Source of the DNA: Spirochaetia bacterium
Lineage (GTDB): Bacteria > Spirochaetota > Spirochaetia > SZUA-6 > Bin103
Assembly (NCBI GenBank): GCA_965203515.1
Contig: OZ241907.1
Location: 3,360,001-3,424,000 of the forward strand
Direction of reading: 5' to 3'
DNA: 64,000 nt
Shown here piece by piece: positions 55,724 through 64,000 of the stretch; position 1 is the first letter of the stretch, and the number at the start of each line of letters is the position of its first letter. Under the pieces are notes generated by a model, which had not been told where the DNA came from, made no database searches, and saw only the letters and a program-made list of their open reading frames with translations. The position numbers were made by a program, and so were the translations under genes.

Positions 55724-56737
55724 TCACCCCCCCCCCCCCCCCCCCCCCCCGGGGCCGGGGGGGGGGGGGGGGGACAGAAACTCGTGCCGGATCACCCGCA
55801 CCAGCGCGTCGTGCAGCGAGAACGGCGGCCGGAACCCGGTCGCCAGCGCCCGCTCGGCCGCGAACGTGGTGGTGCTGCAGAACTTCCTGATTCGGACGGC
55901 GCTGACCGGCAGCGTCCTGCCGGTCAGCGCCGCCGCCAGATCGCATGCCATGCCGCCCAGGTAGCCGAGCGCGTACGGCAGCCGGACGCCGACGTCCGGC
56001 GTCATGCCCAGCGCCTGTCGCGCGGTCTCCACCAGCTCCTGCATCGACAGGTCGGGCTTGTCCGCGTAGTTGAACAGGCGGGCGCCCGCTTGCCGGTCCA
56101 TGACCGCGACCAGGAACTCGGCCACGTTGCCGACGTAGGCCATGGACTTCCGGTTGAGGCCCGAGCCGATCATCAGGAACCGGCCGGTGCTGATCTGACG
56201 CATGAGCTGGTAGACGTTGCCGCGGTTCCCTTCGCCGAACACGACGGCCGGCCGGACGATCGCCAGCGACCGGTCCTTCGGCGCGTCCGCCTGCCAGGCG
56301 CGATGCACCTGCTCGGCGCGCAGCTTCGACCGGCCGTACGGGTTGAAGGGCGCCGGCGCGTGCAGCTCCGTCGCGTCCGGAGTGCCCATGGCGTACACGG
56401 ATACCGAGCTGGTGAAGACGATACGGTCGATCCCCAGGTCCCCGCAGGCGCCGCATATGTTGGCCGCGCCGGCGACGTTCACCTCTTCGTAGCGCGACAC
56501 CGGCTTGACGTCGTCCCGGTGGACCGCCGCCAGGTTGTAGACCGCCTCGGCCCCTTCCAGGGCGGCGGTCAACGCGGCCCGGTCGCGCACGTCCGCTCGC
56601 CGGTACGCGGCCGCATCGGCGAGGCCGTCGCCCGCAGCCGCGTCGACGACGGTGACCTCGTGCCCGGCGCCGCGCAGCGCGCACACCAGCCGCCGGCCGA
56701 TGAATCCGGCCCCTCCGACGATCGCTATCGCAGCCAT
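55724..56737 (-). CDS. NAD-dependent epimerase/dehydratase
   Basis: IVGGAGFIG, NLAAVHRDD, FTSSVSVY, YGRSK, RPAVVFGE.NRGN. Confidence 0.92.
   Translation of the reverse strand: MAAIAIVGGAGFIGRRLVCALRGAGHEVTVVDAAAGDGLADAAAYRRADVRDRAALTAALEGAEAVYNLAAVHRDDVKPVSRYEEVNVAGAANICGACGDLGIDRIVFTSSVSVYAMGTPDATELHAPAPFNPYGRSKLRAEQVHRAWQADAPKDRSLAIVRPAVVFGEGNRGNVYQLMRQISTGRFLMIGSGLNRKSMAYVGNVAEFLVAVMDRQAGARLFNYADKPDLSMQELVETARQALGMTPDVGVRLPYALGYLGGMACDLAAALTGRTLPVSAVRIRKFCSTTTFAAERALATGFRPPFSLHDALVRVIRHEFLSPPPPPGPGGGGGGGG
55727..55773. repeat. C24-GGGGCC-G17 homopolymer inverted tract
   Basis: Direct reading; lies within the last codons of the epimerase. Confidence 0.9.
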
Positions 56738-56803
56738 GACGTGCCGGTGTCAGCCGGCACCGTGCGCTTCATCAGGTCTGGCGGCGTGGTATTCTTGGTC
56801 CCG

Positions 56804-57592
56804 ATGGCCGCTCCGCTGGTATCCGTCATCATGCCCAGCTTCAATGCTGAGCGCTACGTCGCCGCATCGATCGATTCGGTCATCGCGCAGACGGTGGAGG
56901 ACTGGGAGCTGATCGTCGTCGACGATGCTTCCACCGACGCCACTACGGCCATCGTCGCCGCCTGTCAGCGGCGCGATTCCCGCATCCGTCTGCTCCCGCA
57001 GCGGACCAATCGAGGCGCCGCCGGCGCCCGCAACCTGGGGCTCGACCAGGCGCGGGGCGAGTGGATCGGCTTCATCGACAGCGACGACCTCTGGTATCCG
57101 CAGAAGACCGCCAAGCAGATAGCGGCCATGGAAGCCTCTCACGCGGACCTATCATACACCGGCTACGAGCGCCGGCGCTATGGCCGTCCGGCCGGCGCCA
57201 TCGTCTCCGTGCCCGATACGGTACGGTACGAGAAACTGCTCAGGCGCTGCCTGATCGCGTGCTCGACCGGGATGGTGCGGCGCGCCACCTGCGGCTCGGT
57301 GCGGATGCCGCCGATCAGGCGCCGCCAGGATCACGGCTACTGGCTGGAGTTGCTGCGCGACGGGTCCCGGACCGCGGTCGGCGTCGACGAGCCGCTGGTC
57401 TCGTACCGCGTGCATCGCGGCTCGCTCTCCGCCAACAAGCTGGTCGCCGCCGCGTATTCGTGGAAGCTGCTCCGGCAGGTCGAGCGCATTCCCTTCGACA
57501 AGGCGCTGTGGCACTTCGCCGGGTACGCGGCCGCAAACGTGATGTTTCGCCTCTCGATGGCGATGAAGCGGAAGACCGCTTCCGGCCGTTGA
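56804..57592 (+). CDS. GT2 glycosyltransferase (TuaG-like)
   Basis: LVSVIMPSFN, IVVDDASTD, ARN.GL, FIDSDDLW, RQD, YR...SLSANK. Confidence 0.9.
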   Translation: MAAPLVSVIMPSFNAERYVAASIDSVIAQTVEDWELIVVDDASTDATTAIVAACQRRDSRIRLLPQRTNRGAAGARNLGLDQARGEWIGFIDSDDLWYPQKTAKQIAAMEASHADLSYTGYERRRYGRPAGAIVSVPDTVRYEKLLRRCLIACSTGMVRRATCGSVRMPPIRRRQDHGYWLELLRDGSRTAVGVDEPLVSYRVHRGSLSANKLVAAAYSWKLLRQVERIPFDKALWHFAGYAAANVMFRLSMAMKRKTASGR

Positions 57593-57605
57593 GCGGGCGG
57601 CCCGG

Positions 57606-58793
57606 TCAGGTCCCGTTCGCTGTCATGCGGCCGGCCAGGGCCGCCAGCGACCGCCGCAGATCGGCGGTGTCGCGGTCGGTGTGGGCGTATTCGGCGGGCG
57701 GCAGCGCCTGCATGTTCGCGCGCCACCGCCGCCAGTGCGCGACGGTAACGCCGCGCAGCTCGCCGGCCGCCCGGTCGACGTCGGCAGCCTTGATGACGAG
57801 CCCGAGGTCGTGCCGGCGCACCGCTTCCGCGTCGCCCGTGCCGGCCCTGACGATCAGCGGTTTCCTGAACAGGCACGCGTCGTAATAGCGGTTCGACCGC
57901 GACCATCCGTGCGGGACCTCGGGCCGATAGCACGCCATTACCATGTCGGCGCTTTCGAACAGCGCCGGCAGATCGTCGGGATGGCGGTACTCGCCCCGGT
58001 ACTCCAGGCCGGCGATGCGGTCTACCCGCTGCGCGAAGGAGTCGACGAACCGGCCCGGGATACCGGCCAGCAGGAACGCGAATCGGCCGGGAGCGGACCG
58101 CGCCAGCGCCTCGATCAGGCGCAACGACCATTCGTCCTTCAGGATGCCGAAGTAGCCGATGCGCAGCGGCCGGCCCGTGCCCGGCCCGAACGCCGGCACC
58201 GGACCGGACCCGCGCGCGCCGACCGCGGCGCTCGCTTCGACCGCGGCAGTCGCGCCGACTGCCGCGGCGAACGCCGGCTCCACCTTGTTTTCCACCACGA
58301 TGGCGGGCGTTTCGGTGCGCAGCCAGCCGCGATAGTACGCCAGATAGTGAGAGGAGGTGACCACCAGCAGCGCGCAGGCATCGAGCGCGCGCTTGTCCAG
58401 CGCCCGAAACAGTCGGCCGGTCAGACCGGGGGCCACCTGCAGGTCCCGGAGGTCCGCGATCTCGGCGACCACGCGGACCTTCAACCGCAGGCCGGCCGCC
58501 AGCGCCAGCATCAGCAGGTCGGCGCCGAACGCGTACACCAGGTCGTTGCGCCGCATCGCGGCGCGCACCCTGAACAGGCAGGTCAGGAGGCGCAGACCGC
58601 GCCGCAGATAGCGCCGATGGTCGACCCGCCCCAACGACTCGACGGGGCAGTCGAGGGCGCGCGCCGCAGCGCCGTAGCGTTCGAAGCCGATCGCCTCGAC
58701 CGCGAATCCGCTGCGCTGCAGCATGGCGACGCGCACGCCGTTGTGCGCGTCGGCCAGCGAGGACAGGACGCAGAGGATCCGGGGCGACGTCAT
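57606..58793 (-). CDS. GT-B glycosyltransferase (ExoL-like)
   Basis: RVAML, GFER, EIADLR, LVVTS, VENK, IGYFG, GEY..PDDL, SNRYY. Confidence 0.7.
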   Translation of the reverse strand: MTSPRILCVLSSLADAHNGVRVAMLQRSGFAVEAIGFERYGAAARALDCPVESLGRVDHRRYLRRGLRLLTCLFRVRAAMRRNDLVYAFGADLLMLALAAGLRLKVRVVAEIADLRDLQVAPGLTGRLFRALDKRALDACALLVVTSSHYLAYYRGWLRTETPAIVVENKVEPAFAAAVGATAAVEASAAVGARGSGPVPAFGPGTGRPLRIGYFGILKDEWSLRLIEALARSAPGRFAFLLAGIPGRFVDSFAQRVDRIAGLEYRGEYRHPDDLPALFESADMVMACYRPEVPHGWSRSNRYYDACLFRKPLIVRAGTGDAEAVRRHDLGLVIKAADVDRAAGELRGVTVAHWRRWRANMQALPPAEYAHTDRDTADLRRSLAALAGRMTANGT

Positions 58794-58917
58794 CGGATCA
58801 GGCTCGCACCATACCACACGTATCGGGACGGCCGCCCCCGGCGAAGGTCGGCGCGCGGCGGCGGCGGACCGGCTATCATGCGCGTGATGACGAGGGCGCG
58901 CCGCGGCGGCATCGGTC

Positions 58918-60357
58918 GTGGACGATAGACGTCGATCGGCTCGCGTCGGGCGCGCCGGTCGCGATCGAGTCGAAGCGTCGTTGCTGCTGACGTTGCATCG
59001 GGCCGCGTTGCGGGCGTTCAACAAGCGCTGGACGGTCTGGTGGGTCCTCCGCTCCCGGCTCCGATCGGCGCTGGGCGGTTGGCGACCGCGGCCGCCGCCG
59101 CATCAGGTACCGTCGCCGCGACGGTCCGGGAGCGGCGCCGCGCGCCGCCGCGCGATGCCGGGCGAATCGGCGCCCGCCTTCGATCTGCGGGCGGACAACC
59201 CGATTCACTGGCCGCGTGAGGTGGGCGGCCGGGTGGCGGCGCTGGGGCCGCTCGATCGGTTGCCGCCCGGCGTCAGGGCGGACTGCGCCGTCCGGCGCCG
59301 CGACCCGCTCCTGCTGCGCCGCTACCACCACGTGGAGGACGCGCCGGCGTTCCACGCCGATGCCGTCGCGCGGGCCGGCGACCTGGCCCGGCTGGCCGCC
59401 GCCGGCGTAGTGGTGCACGCGGCGGACGCCGACCCCCGGCTCGGGGCGCTGCTCGGCGCTGAACTCCATCGGCAGATGACCGCCGACGTCGACGCCCTCG
59501 ATGCCGGCGCGCGCGAGTTGCGCAGCATCGAAATGCGGCGCGCGGCGCTGCGGGGCCACTCTTCGTGGGCGCGCGTCACGGCCAACCTGCCGTACGTGTC
59601 GGTCCTGCTGGCGACGCGGCGCCCGGCGTGGTTGGCGCAGGCGCTCACCGCGGTGGCCGAGCAGTCCTATCCGCGGCTGGAGGTGGTGCTGGCGCTGCAC
59701 GGGAACGAAGCGGCGTTCGCCGGGGTCGAGCGGTGCGCGGCCGCGCAGCCGGTTCCCTGCCGGATCGTACGGGTGGCGGGCGGCGCTCCGCTCGGGGCGG
59801 CGCTGAACGCCGCGGTAAAGGCGGCCGACGGGGAGCTGTTGACCAAGATGGACGACGACGACCGATACGGCGCCGACCACGTCTGGGACCTGGTGCTCGC
59901 GCGCGAGTACTCGCGGGCGCAGTTGGTGGGCAAGGCCGCCGAGTTCATCTACCTTGCCGCGTCGGACCGGATGGTTCACCGCTTCGCCGGCGGGGGGGAG
60001 ACCTTCCGGTACTTCCTGATCGGCGGTACGCTGCTGATCGCCCGGAGCGACCTGGAGCGGGTCGGCGGCTGGCGGAACGTGCCGGCGCGAGAGGACTTGG
60101 GGTTGGTCGAGGACGTCCTGCGCGCCGGCGGAGCGGTATACCGGACCCACGGCGCCGGATTCGTACTGGTCCGACACGGCTACCGCCACGCCTGGGGAGC
60201 CGGCGACGACTACTTCCTGTCGGTCGCCGACCGCGTCCGCCGCGGCTGGAACCCGGCGATCGCCGGTCTCCCGGACCTGATTCCGCCGCCACCGGCCCCG
60301 CCGCCGCCGGCCTCGCCTCCGGCCCGGCCGTCCGCCCGCCGGACTCACCCTCCGTAA
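58918..60357 (+). CDS. GT2-domain glycosyltransferase
   Basis: VSVLLATRRP, LGAALN, TKMDDDD.YG..HVWDLVLA, VGK.AEF.Y, GGTL; start uncertain. Confidence 0.8.
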   Translation: MDDRRRSARVGRAGRDRVEASLLLTLHRAALRAFNKRWTVWWVLRSRLRSALGGWRPRPPPHQVPSPRRSGSGAARRRAMPGESAPAFDLRADNPIHWPREVGGRVAALGPLDRLPPGVRADCAVRRRDPLLLRRYHHVEDAPAFHADAVARAGDLARLAAAGVVVHAADADPRLGALLGAELHRQMTADVDALDAGARELRSIEMRRAALRGHSSWARVTANLPYVSVLLATRRPAWLAQALTAVAEQSYPRLEVVLALHGNEAAFAGVERCAAAQPVPCRIVRVAGGAPLGAALNAAVKAADGELLTKMDDDDRYGADHVWDLVLAREYSRAQLVGKAAEFIYLAASDRMVHRFAGGGETFRYFLIGGTLLIARSDLERVGGWRNVPAREDLGLVEDVLRAGGAVYRTHGAGFVLVRHGYRHAWGAGDDYFLSVADRVRRGWNPAIAGLPDLIPPPPAPPPPASPPARPSARRTHPP

Positions 60358-61531
60358 TCGCTGCGCCGTCTCGGCGTCCGGCGTGCGGGCTCATGCACAG
60401 GCCGATGACGGCCCACTGCAGCACGCCGATGCTCACGGCGTTCTGCAGCAGCGTGATGCCGAAGATGTTGGTGATGATCACGCTGGTCAGGACGGCGAGC
60501 CCCAGCGCCCGCAGCGCGCCGTCCGGCTGTCGGTGCAGCACGGTCCACAGCGACGCCAGGAGCAGGAAGAACGCGGCGAGCCCCACGGCGCCGGTCTGCA
60601 ATGCGATCTGCAGGAACTGGCTGTGCGTCGAGAACGTGATCTCCGACACGTCGCGCAGGATCGTGCCGGCGCCGTAGCCGAAGTACGGCTTCGCCAGGAT
60701 CAGATTGAGTACGATCGGCCAGAACAGCTCGCGAGGACTCCGCACCGACAGGCCGAGCGCGAAGGTCCCGCCCCCGACGATGCCCACGAGATATTGCGCC
60801 AGAGCCGCAAGAGAGAGGGTCGCGTAGATCGCGAACAGCAGCAGCGCGAGCAGCGGCAGATAAGCCAACCACGTGCCTCCCCGGCGGGTGTAGTAGAACC
60901 AGAGGAATGCCGGTATCAGTCCCAGGGCCGACGCGATCAGGACTCTGGCGGTCGCCGCATACGCTATCAGAAACGATCCCAGGACGGCGGCGCCGACCGC
61001 CAGCCACACCGGCGCCGCGCGCCGTCGAACCATGACGCACGCCAGCAGCAGGAAGACTTGCGCCAGCGCCGCGGCGTATTGATAGATCCGCCAGTGGAAC
61101 GTGGAGGTACCGATCTCGTCGCCCAACCGGTCATAGGGAAAGAAGACGATCCGCGCCGACAGCGCCGCTCCGGCGCAGACCAGCAAGACCGCGAAGCCGG
61201 TCGATCCGGACAGCCGTTCGCCGTACTGATAGATCGCGGCGAGGTAGACCGTGACGAGCAGGATCACGCCGGTATGGACCGCCGCGCGCGGGCTCAGGTC
61301 GCCCAGCGCGGAGGCCGCGTATACGGCGAACAGCGCGGCGAATGCGGTCAGGACCGGCCGAAAGCCGCGTGACAGGCTGCCGTCGAGCAGAAACGGCACC
61401 GCGCAGGAGGCCAGCGCGCCGGCGAGCAGGAGATCGCCGAGCGACGAGTCGAACAGGTCGGTGGCGGTATTCAACGCGGCGGCGAGCACCCCCAGAGAGA
61501 TCGTCACTGACGCGACGACCTGATGGCGCAT
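59945..61531 (-). CDS. O-antigen ligase/Wzy-like polymerase with a run-on C-terminus
   Basis: About 10-12 TMs; R...W......KPYFGYG.G, THSQFLQ....G.VG; the hydrophobic part ends near 60390 but the stop is at 59945. Confidence 0.75.
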   Translation of the reverse strand: MRHQVVASVTISLGVLAAALNTATDLFDSSLGDLLLAGALASCAVPFLLDGSLSRGFRPVLTAFAALFAVYAASALGDLSPRAAVHTGVILLVTVYLAAIYQYGERLSGSTGFAVLLVCAGAALSARIVFFPYDRLGDEIGTSTFHWRIYQYAAALAQVFLLLACVMVRRRAAPVWLAVGAAVLGSFLIAYAATARVLIASALGLIPAFLWFYYTRRGGTWLAYLPLLALLLFAIYATLSLAALAQYLVGIVGGGTFALGLSVRSPRELFWPIVLNLILAKPYFGYGAGTILRDVSEITFSTHSQFLQIALQTGAVGLAAFFLLLASLWTVLHRQPDGALRALGLAVLTSVIITNIFGITLLQNAVSIGVLQWAVIGLCMSPHAGRRDGAAITEGESGGRTAGPEARPAAAGPVAAESGPGDRRSPGSSRGGRGRRPTGSSRRRLPRRGGSRVGPVRIRRRGSGIPLRRRAGRPRPTPSPLAPARSASRRPAPGRSGRSAAYRRSGSTGRSPPRRRSGEPSGPTRQGR

Positions 61532-61548
61532 CGGCCGCGCACGTCCCG

Positions 61549-62754
61549 TCAGCGATCGCTCCAGCCGCGGATGGCGTTGAGGACCAGGGCCGCGACGATC
61601 CCGACCGCCAGGAACGCGAAGAACCCGAACATGAGTATCCGGCGTCGTGACGACGGACTGTCCCTCAGGTCCGGGACCTCCGGCCATTCCAGCACCTGAA
61701 AGATCGGCTCCTGCCCTTCGGCCTCGAGCTTTGCCAGCTCATACTCCCGCGACAGGAGCTTGAAGAGCTCGATCTGCACCGCTTGTTCGAGGCGCAGGCG
61801 GGCGAACTCCTGCGCCAATTCCGGCAGCTCGTCCTGCGCCGGGAGCTGGCCGTCGTACGCTTCGTATCCCGATTCCATCTCTTCGATGAGTTGGCGGAGG
61901 TTGTCGCGTTCGGCCCGCAGCACCCGCAGCGCCGGGTCGCTGTCCGGCGCCACCCCGGCATAGGTCTGTATCTCCACCTCCTGCAGCAGGAGCTGGGTGT
62001 TCAGGTCGGCCTTGCGGCGAACGTATTCCCGCGCCAGATCGTCGACGTTCAGCACGCCGTGGCGCTGCTGGAACTCCCTGATGCGCTCCGCATACTCCTC
62101 GATCTGCCCTTCCACTTCACCATGCCGCGCCTCGATCAGATCCCGCCTTTCTTTGCTCCGATCGATGCCGAGCTTGGCGAACCGCTCCCCGAGTATCTCT
62201 ACCAGACGCCTGACGACCGCTTCGGCAAAGACCGGATCGGCGCTCCGGTAGGAGATGCGCAGCAATCGCTCCGACTGGTTGGAATCGAACGTGGCCTTGG
62301 CCAGAAAACGCTTCCGGACCTCGCCGCGGACGTCCCTGATGATGTTGTAGCGCTCCGCCAGGCCGAAGTCTTCGGCGACCTGGTCGACGATCGTCTTGCT
62401 GTTCAGGAGGATCACGGCAAGCCGCATGTTGTTGACTTGCCCCGGCAGCAGGCCGGACAGGGCGGACGTGGTGAGCGCGCCGCTCCACACCGAATCGATG
62501 GCGGGCGCATTGGCCGCCCGGGGCACCAGGAGCAGCGCTTCGGCGCGATAGACGTCGGGCAGCGGATTCCGTTCATCGTCATCGGGAAGCACCACCGAGA
62601 GGATCAGGTAGGTCAATACCAGGGTCGTACCGGTCGCGGTGACGGCGACGATCAGCCAGCGGTACTGCCAGAGGATGCCGGCCAGGTACCGGAGATCGTA
62701 GGGGGCATCCGGCTCCGGTGACGGCGGCGCTCCCGCGCCGCGCGTGTCGTTCAT
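61549..62754 (-). CDS. Polysaccharide co-polymerase / chain-length determinant (Wzz/GumC-like)
   Basis: YDLR...ILWQYRWLI TM1, YRAEALLL, ISY.S.DP, coiled coil, VLE.PEVP...SPS TM2; no kinase domain. Confidence 0.85.
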   Translation of the reverse strand: MNDTRGAGAPPSPEPDAPYDLRYLAGILWQYRWLIVAVTATGTTLVLTYLILSVVLPDDDERNPLPDVYRAEALLLVPRAANAPAIDSVWSGALTTSALSGLLPGQVNNMRLAVILLNSKTIVDQVAEDFGLAERYNIIRDVRGEVRKRFLAKATFDSNQSERLLRISYRSADPVFAEAVVRRLVEILGERFAKLGIDRSKERRDLIEARHGEVEGQIEEYAERIREFQQRHGVLNVDDLAREYVRRKADLNTQLLLQEVEIQTYAGVAPDSDPALRVLRAERDNLRQLIEEMESGYEAYDGQLPAQDELPELAQEFARLRLEQAVQIELFKLLSREYELAKLEAEGQEPIFQVLEWPEVPDLRDSPSSRRRILMFGFFAFLAVGIVAALVLNAIRGWSDR

Positions 62755-62788
62755 GTGCAGGATGATACCGGCGCGCGGCGGCGTCCTG

Positions 62789-63646
62789 CTACCGGCCGGC
62801 CGGTCCCGTGGGTGCGCGCTTGGCCCGGCGCAGGTACACGCCGCCGGCGACGCGGCGCGACGCGTCGCCGATGATCGACCGACACTCGCGGAACGCCGCG
62901 TCCAGCGTCCGTTCGCTCGCGGAGCTGAGCGCCGGGCGCTTGGCGGTCCGCAGCGGGACGAACAGCAGCCGCTGCAGGAACGTCGTGTCCTTGAGCGATT
63001 GCAGCGCGCGTCTGAACCCCAGGCGCCGCATGACGGTCCGTGCCAGAGTCGCGGCGCTGGCCAGCAGGAGGTTCCTGGACGCCACCGATTCGTTGACGGC
63101 CGGCGGCGTCCGGCGCGCGAACGGAGCGCTGCCGCAGAGCGACGCCAGGACGCCGAGACAGGACCGCGTGTCCCGCGTGAGGGCATCGAAGTCGATGCAC
63201 AACAGGTCGGCGTCGAGGGCCAGCAGACGGCGTACGGCGGCCGGGGTCAGGCGCTCCCGCACGATCCGCTTCTCCAGCATCCGGGGGCCCATCCAGACCG
63301 CGGGCCGGCCGCGGCTCTTGGCGTAGCGGATCATGGAGACGGCTCGGTCGCGGTGGTCGCGCAACAGCACCACCAGCAGCAGCCTGGCGCCGCGGCTGCG
63401 CAGCGCTTCGACGCCGCCGGTGAGCCGGGCGTCCCGGTAGGCCAGATTCGCGATGTCGACGAGGATGCGGCCCGAATCCGCCACCGAGCGGTGCAGGCGG
63501 TCGAACACGCGCGGCGACCGATAGTAGTAGCCCTCCTTGATCTCCGGGAACGAGAAGTCGGGGTGCCGCCTCAGTATCTCGTACAGGAAGGTGCTCCCTG
63601 ACCGGCCCGGTCCCACCACCAGCAGGTAGTCGTACCGCAGGCTCAT
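62789..63646 (-). CDS. Sulfotransferase family protein
   Basis: VVGPGRSGSTFLYEILRRHP (5'-PSB), KEGYY, LLRD..DRAVS (3'-PB). Confidence 0.75.
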   Translation of the reverse strand: MSLRYDYLLVVGPGRSGSTFLYEILRRHPDFSFPEIKEGYYYRSPRVFDRLHRSVADSGRILVDIANLAYRDARLTGGVEALRSRGARLLLVVLLRDHRDRAVSMIRYAKSRGRPAVWMGPRMLEKRIVRERLTPAAVRRLLALDADLLCIDFDALTRDTRSCLGVLASLCGSAPFARRTPPAVNESVASRNLLLASAATLARTVMRRLGFRRALQSLKDTTFLQRLLFVPLRTAKRPALSSASERTLDAAFRECRSIIGDASRRVAGGVYLRRAKRAPTGPAGR

Positions 63647-63666
63647 TGCCCGTGTCTCGTGGAGCT

Positions 63667-64000
63667 CTATGGGGCGGTCAGGACCAGGACCAGCGACACG
63701 ATCGACAGCATCAGCGACCCGACCGTGGCCACCGGCGCGATGATACTGCTCAGCACCGAAGAGTCTGCCGTCGGCACGAATATCTGGTCATCGGGCGCCA
63801 GCGGCGCGGACCGCTCCTTCCGCCGCCCCAGCCGGTCGATCACCGACACCCCGCCCGCGTCGCCGCCCGGACCGACGCCGCCGGCCAGCCGGACGTAGTA
63901 ACCGGCGTCCCGGCCCGGCAGATACGGGAACACGCCGGGAGCCCGCACGGCGCCGGCCACGGTGACCGCCAGCCGGCGCACCGGGATGACGATCGTGTCG
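63667..64000 (-). CDS. SLBB-domain polysaccharide export protein (Wza-like), C-terminal part; 5' end outside the window
   Basis: VTVAGAVRAPG.FPY...YYV.LAGG, L.PDDQIFVP, C-terminal hydrophobic helix. Confidence 0.75.
   Translation of the reverse strand, partial: DTIVIPVRRLAVTVAGAVRAPGVFPYLPGRDAGYYVRLAGGVGPGGDAGGVSVIDRLGRRKERSAPLAPDDQIFVPTADSSVLSSIIAPVATVGSLMLSIVSLVLVLTAP

Noticed and set aside
55539..56684. 381-aa minus ORF ending MGPQGLEPWTNGL
   Set aside because: Alternative frame of the epimerase running into the antisense of the tRNA, a typical spurious translation.
58887..58928. Short ORF MTRARRGGIGRGR after a TATCAT hexamer
   Set aside because: Too short to support; it may only indicate that the GT2 start is uncertain or frameshifted.

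Overview
64 kb of very GC-rich (roughly 70%+ by eye) bacterial chromosome, densely coding on both strands: about 55 CDS and one tRNA-Ile(CAT). I saw no rRNA, CRISPR array, transposase or integrase. A spirochaete-type lipoprotein (LLAC|PNP) and an Hsp70-SBD-like N-terminal domain I associate with spirochaetes suggest a high-GC Spirochaetota, possibly host-associated (inference only). Content: sugar-acid catabolism (uxaC, eda, an aldo/keto reductase, three Gfo/Idh/MocA oxidoreductases); housekeeping genes (hemB, hemC, argA-proC-proA-proB, aroA, pyrG, lpdA, folC, RidA); a heterodimeric ABC exporter; an MNT-HEPN toxin-antitoxin pair; two tandem Opa/OMP-like beta-barrels; and, past the tRNA, part of a Wzy-type polysaccharide locus with a sulfotransferase. 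Best leads: (1) a tightly coupled methyltransferase-bshC-bshA-hemC-Mre11-like-SMC-like operon that looks like an N-methyl-bacillithiol pathway fused to haem and DNA-repair genes; (2) an amidohydrolase/class III aminotransferase fusion; (3) a bacterial ceramide-synthase-like GNAT; (4) a lipoprotein made of phage-structural-like GGSGYTSAP repeats; (5) pervasive leaderless promoter architecture; (6) recurrent 18-bp tandem duplications. All product calls come from motif recognition without database searches.
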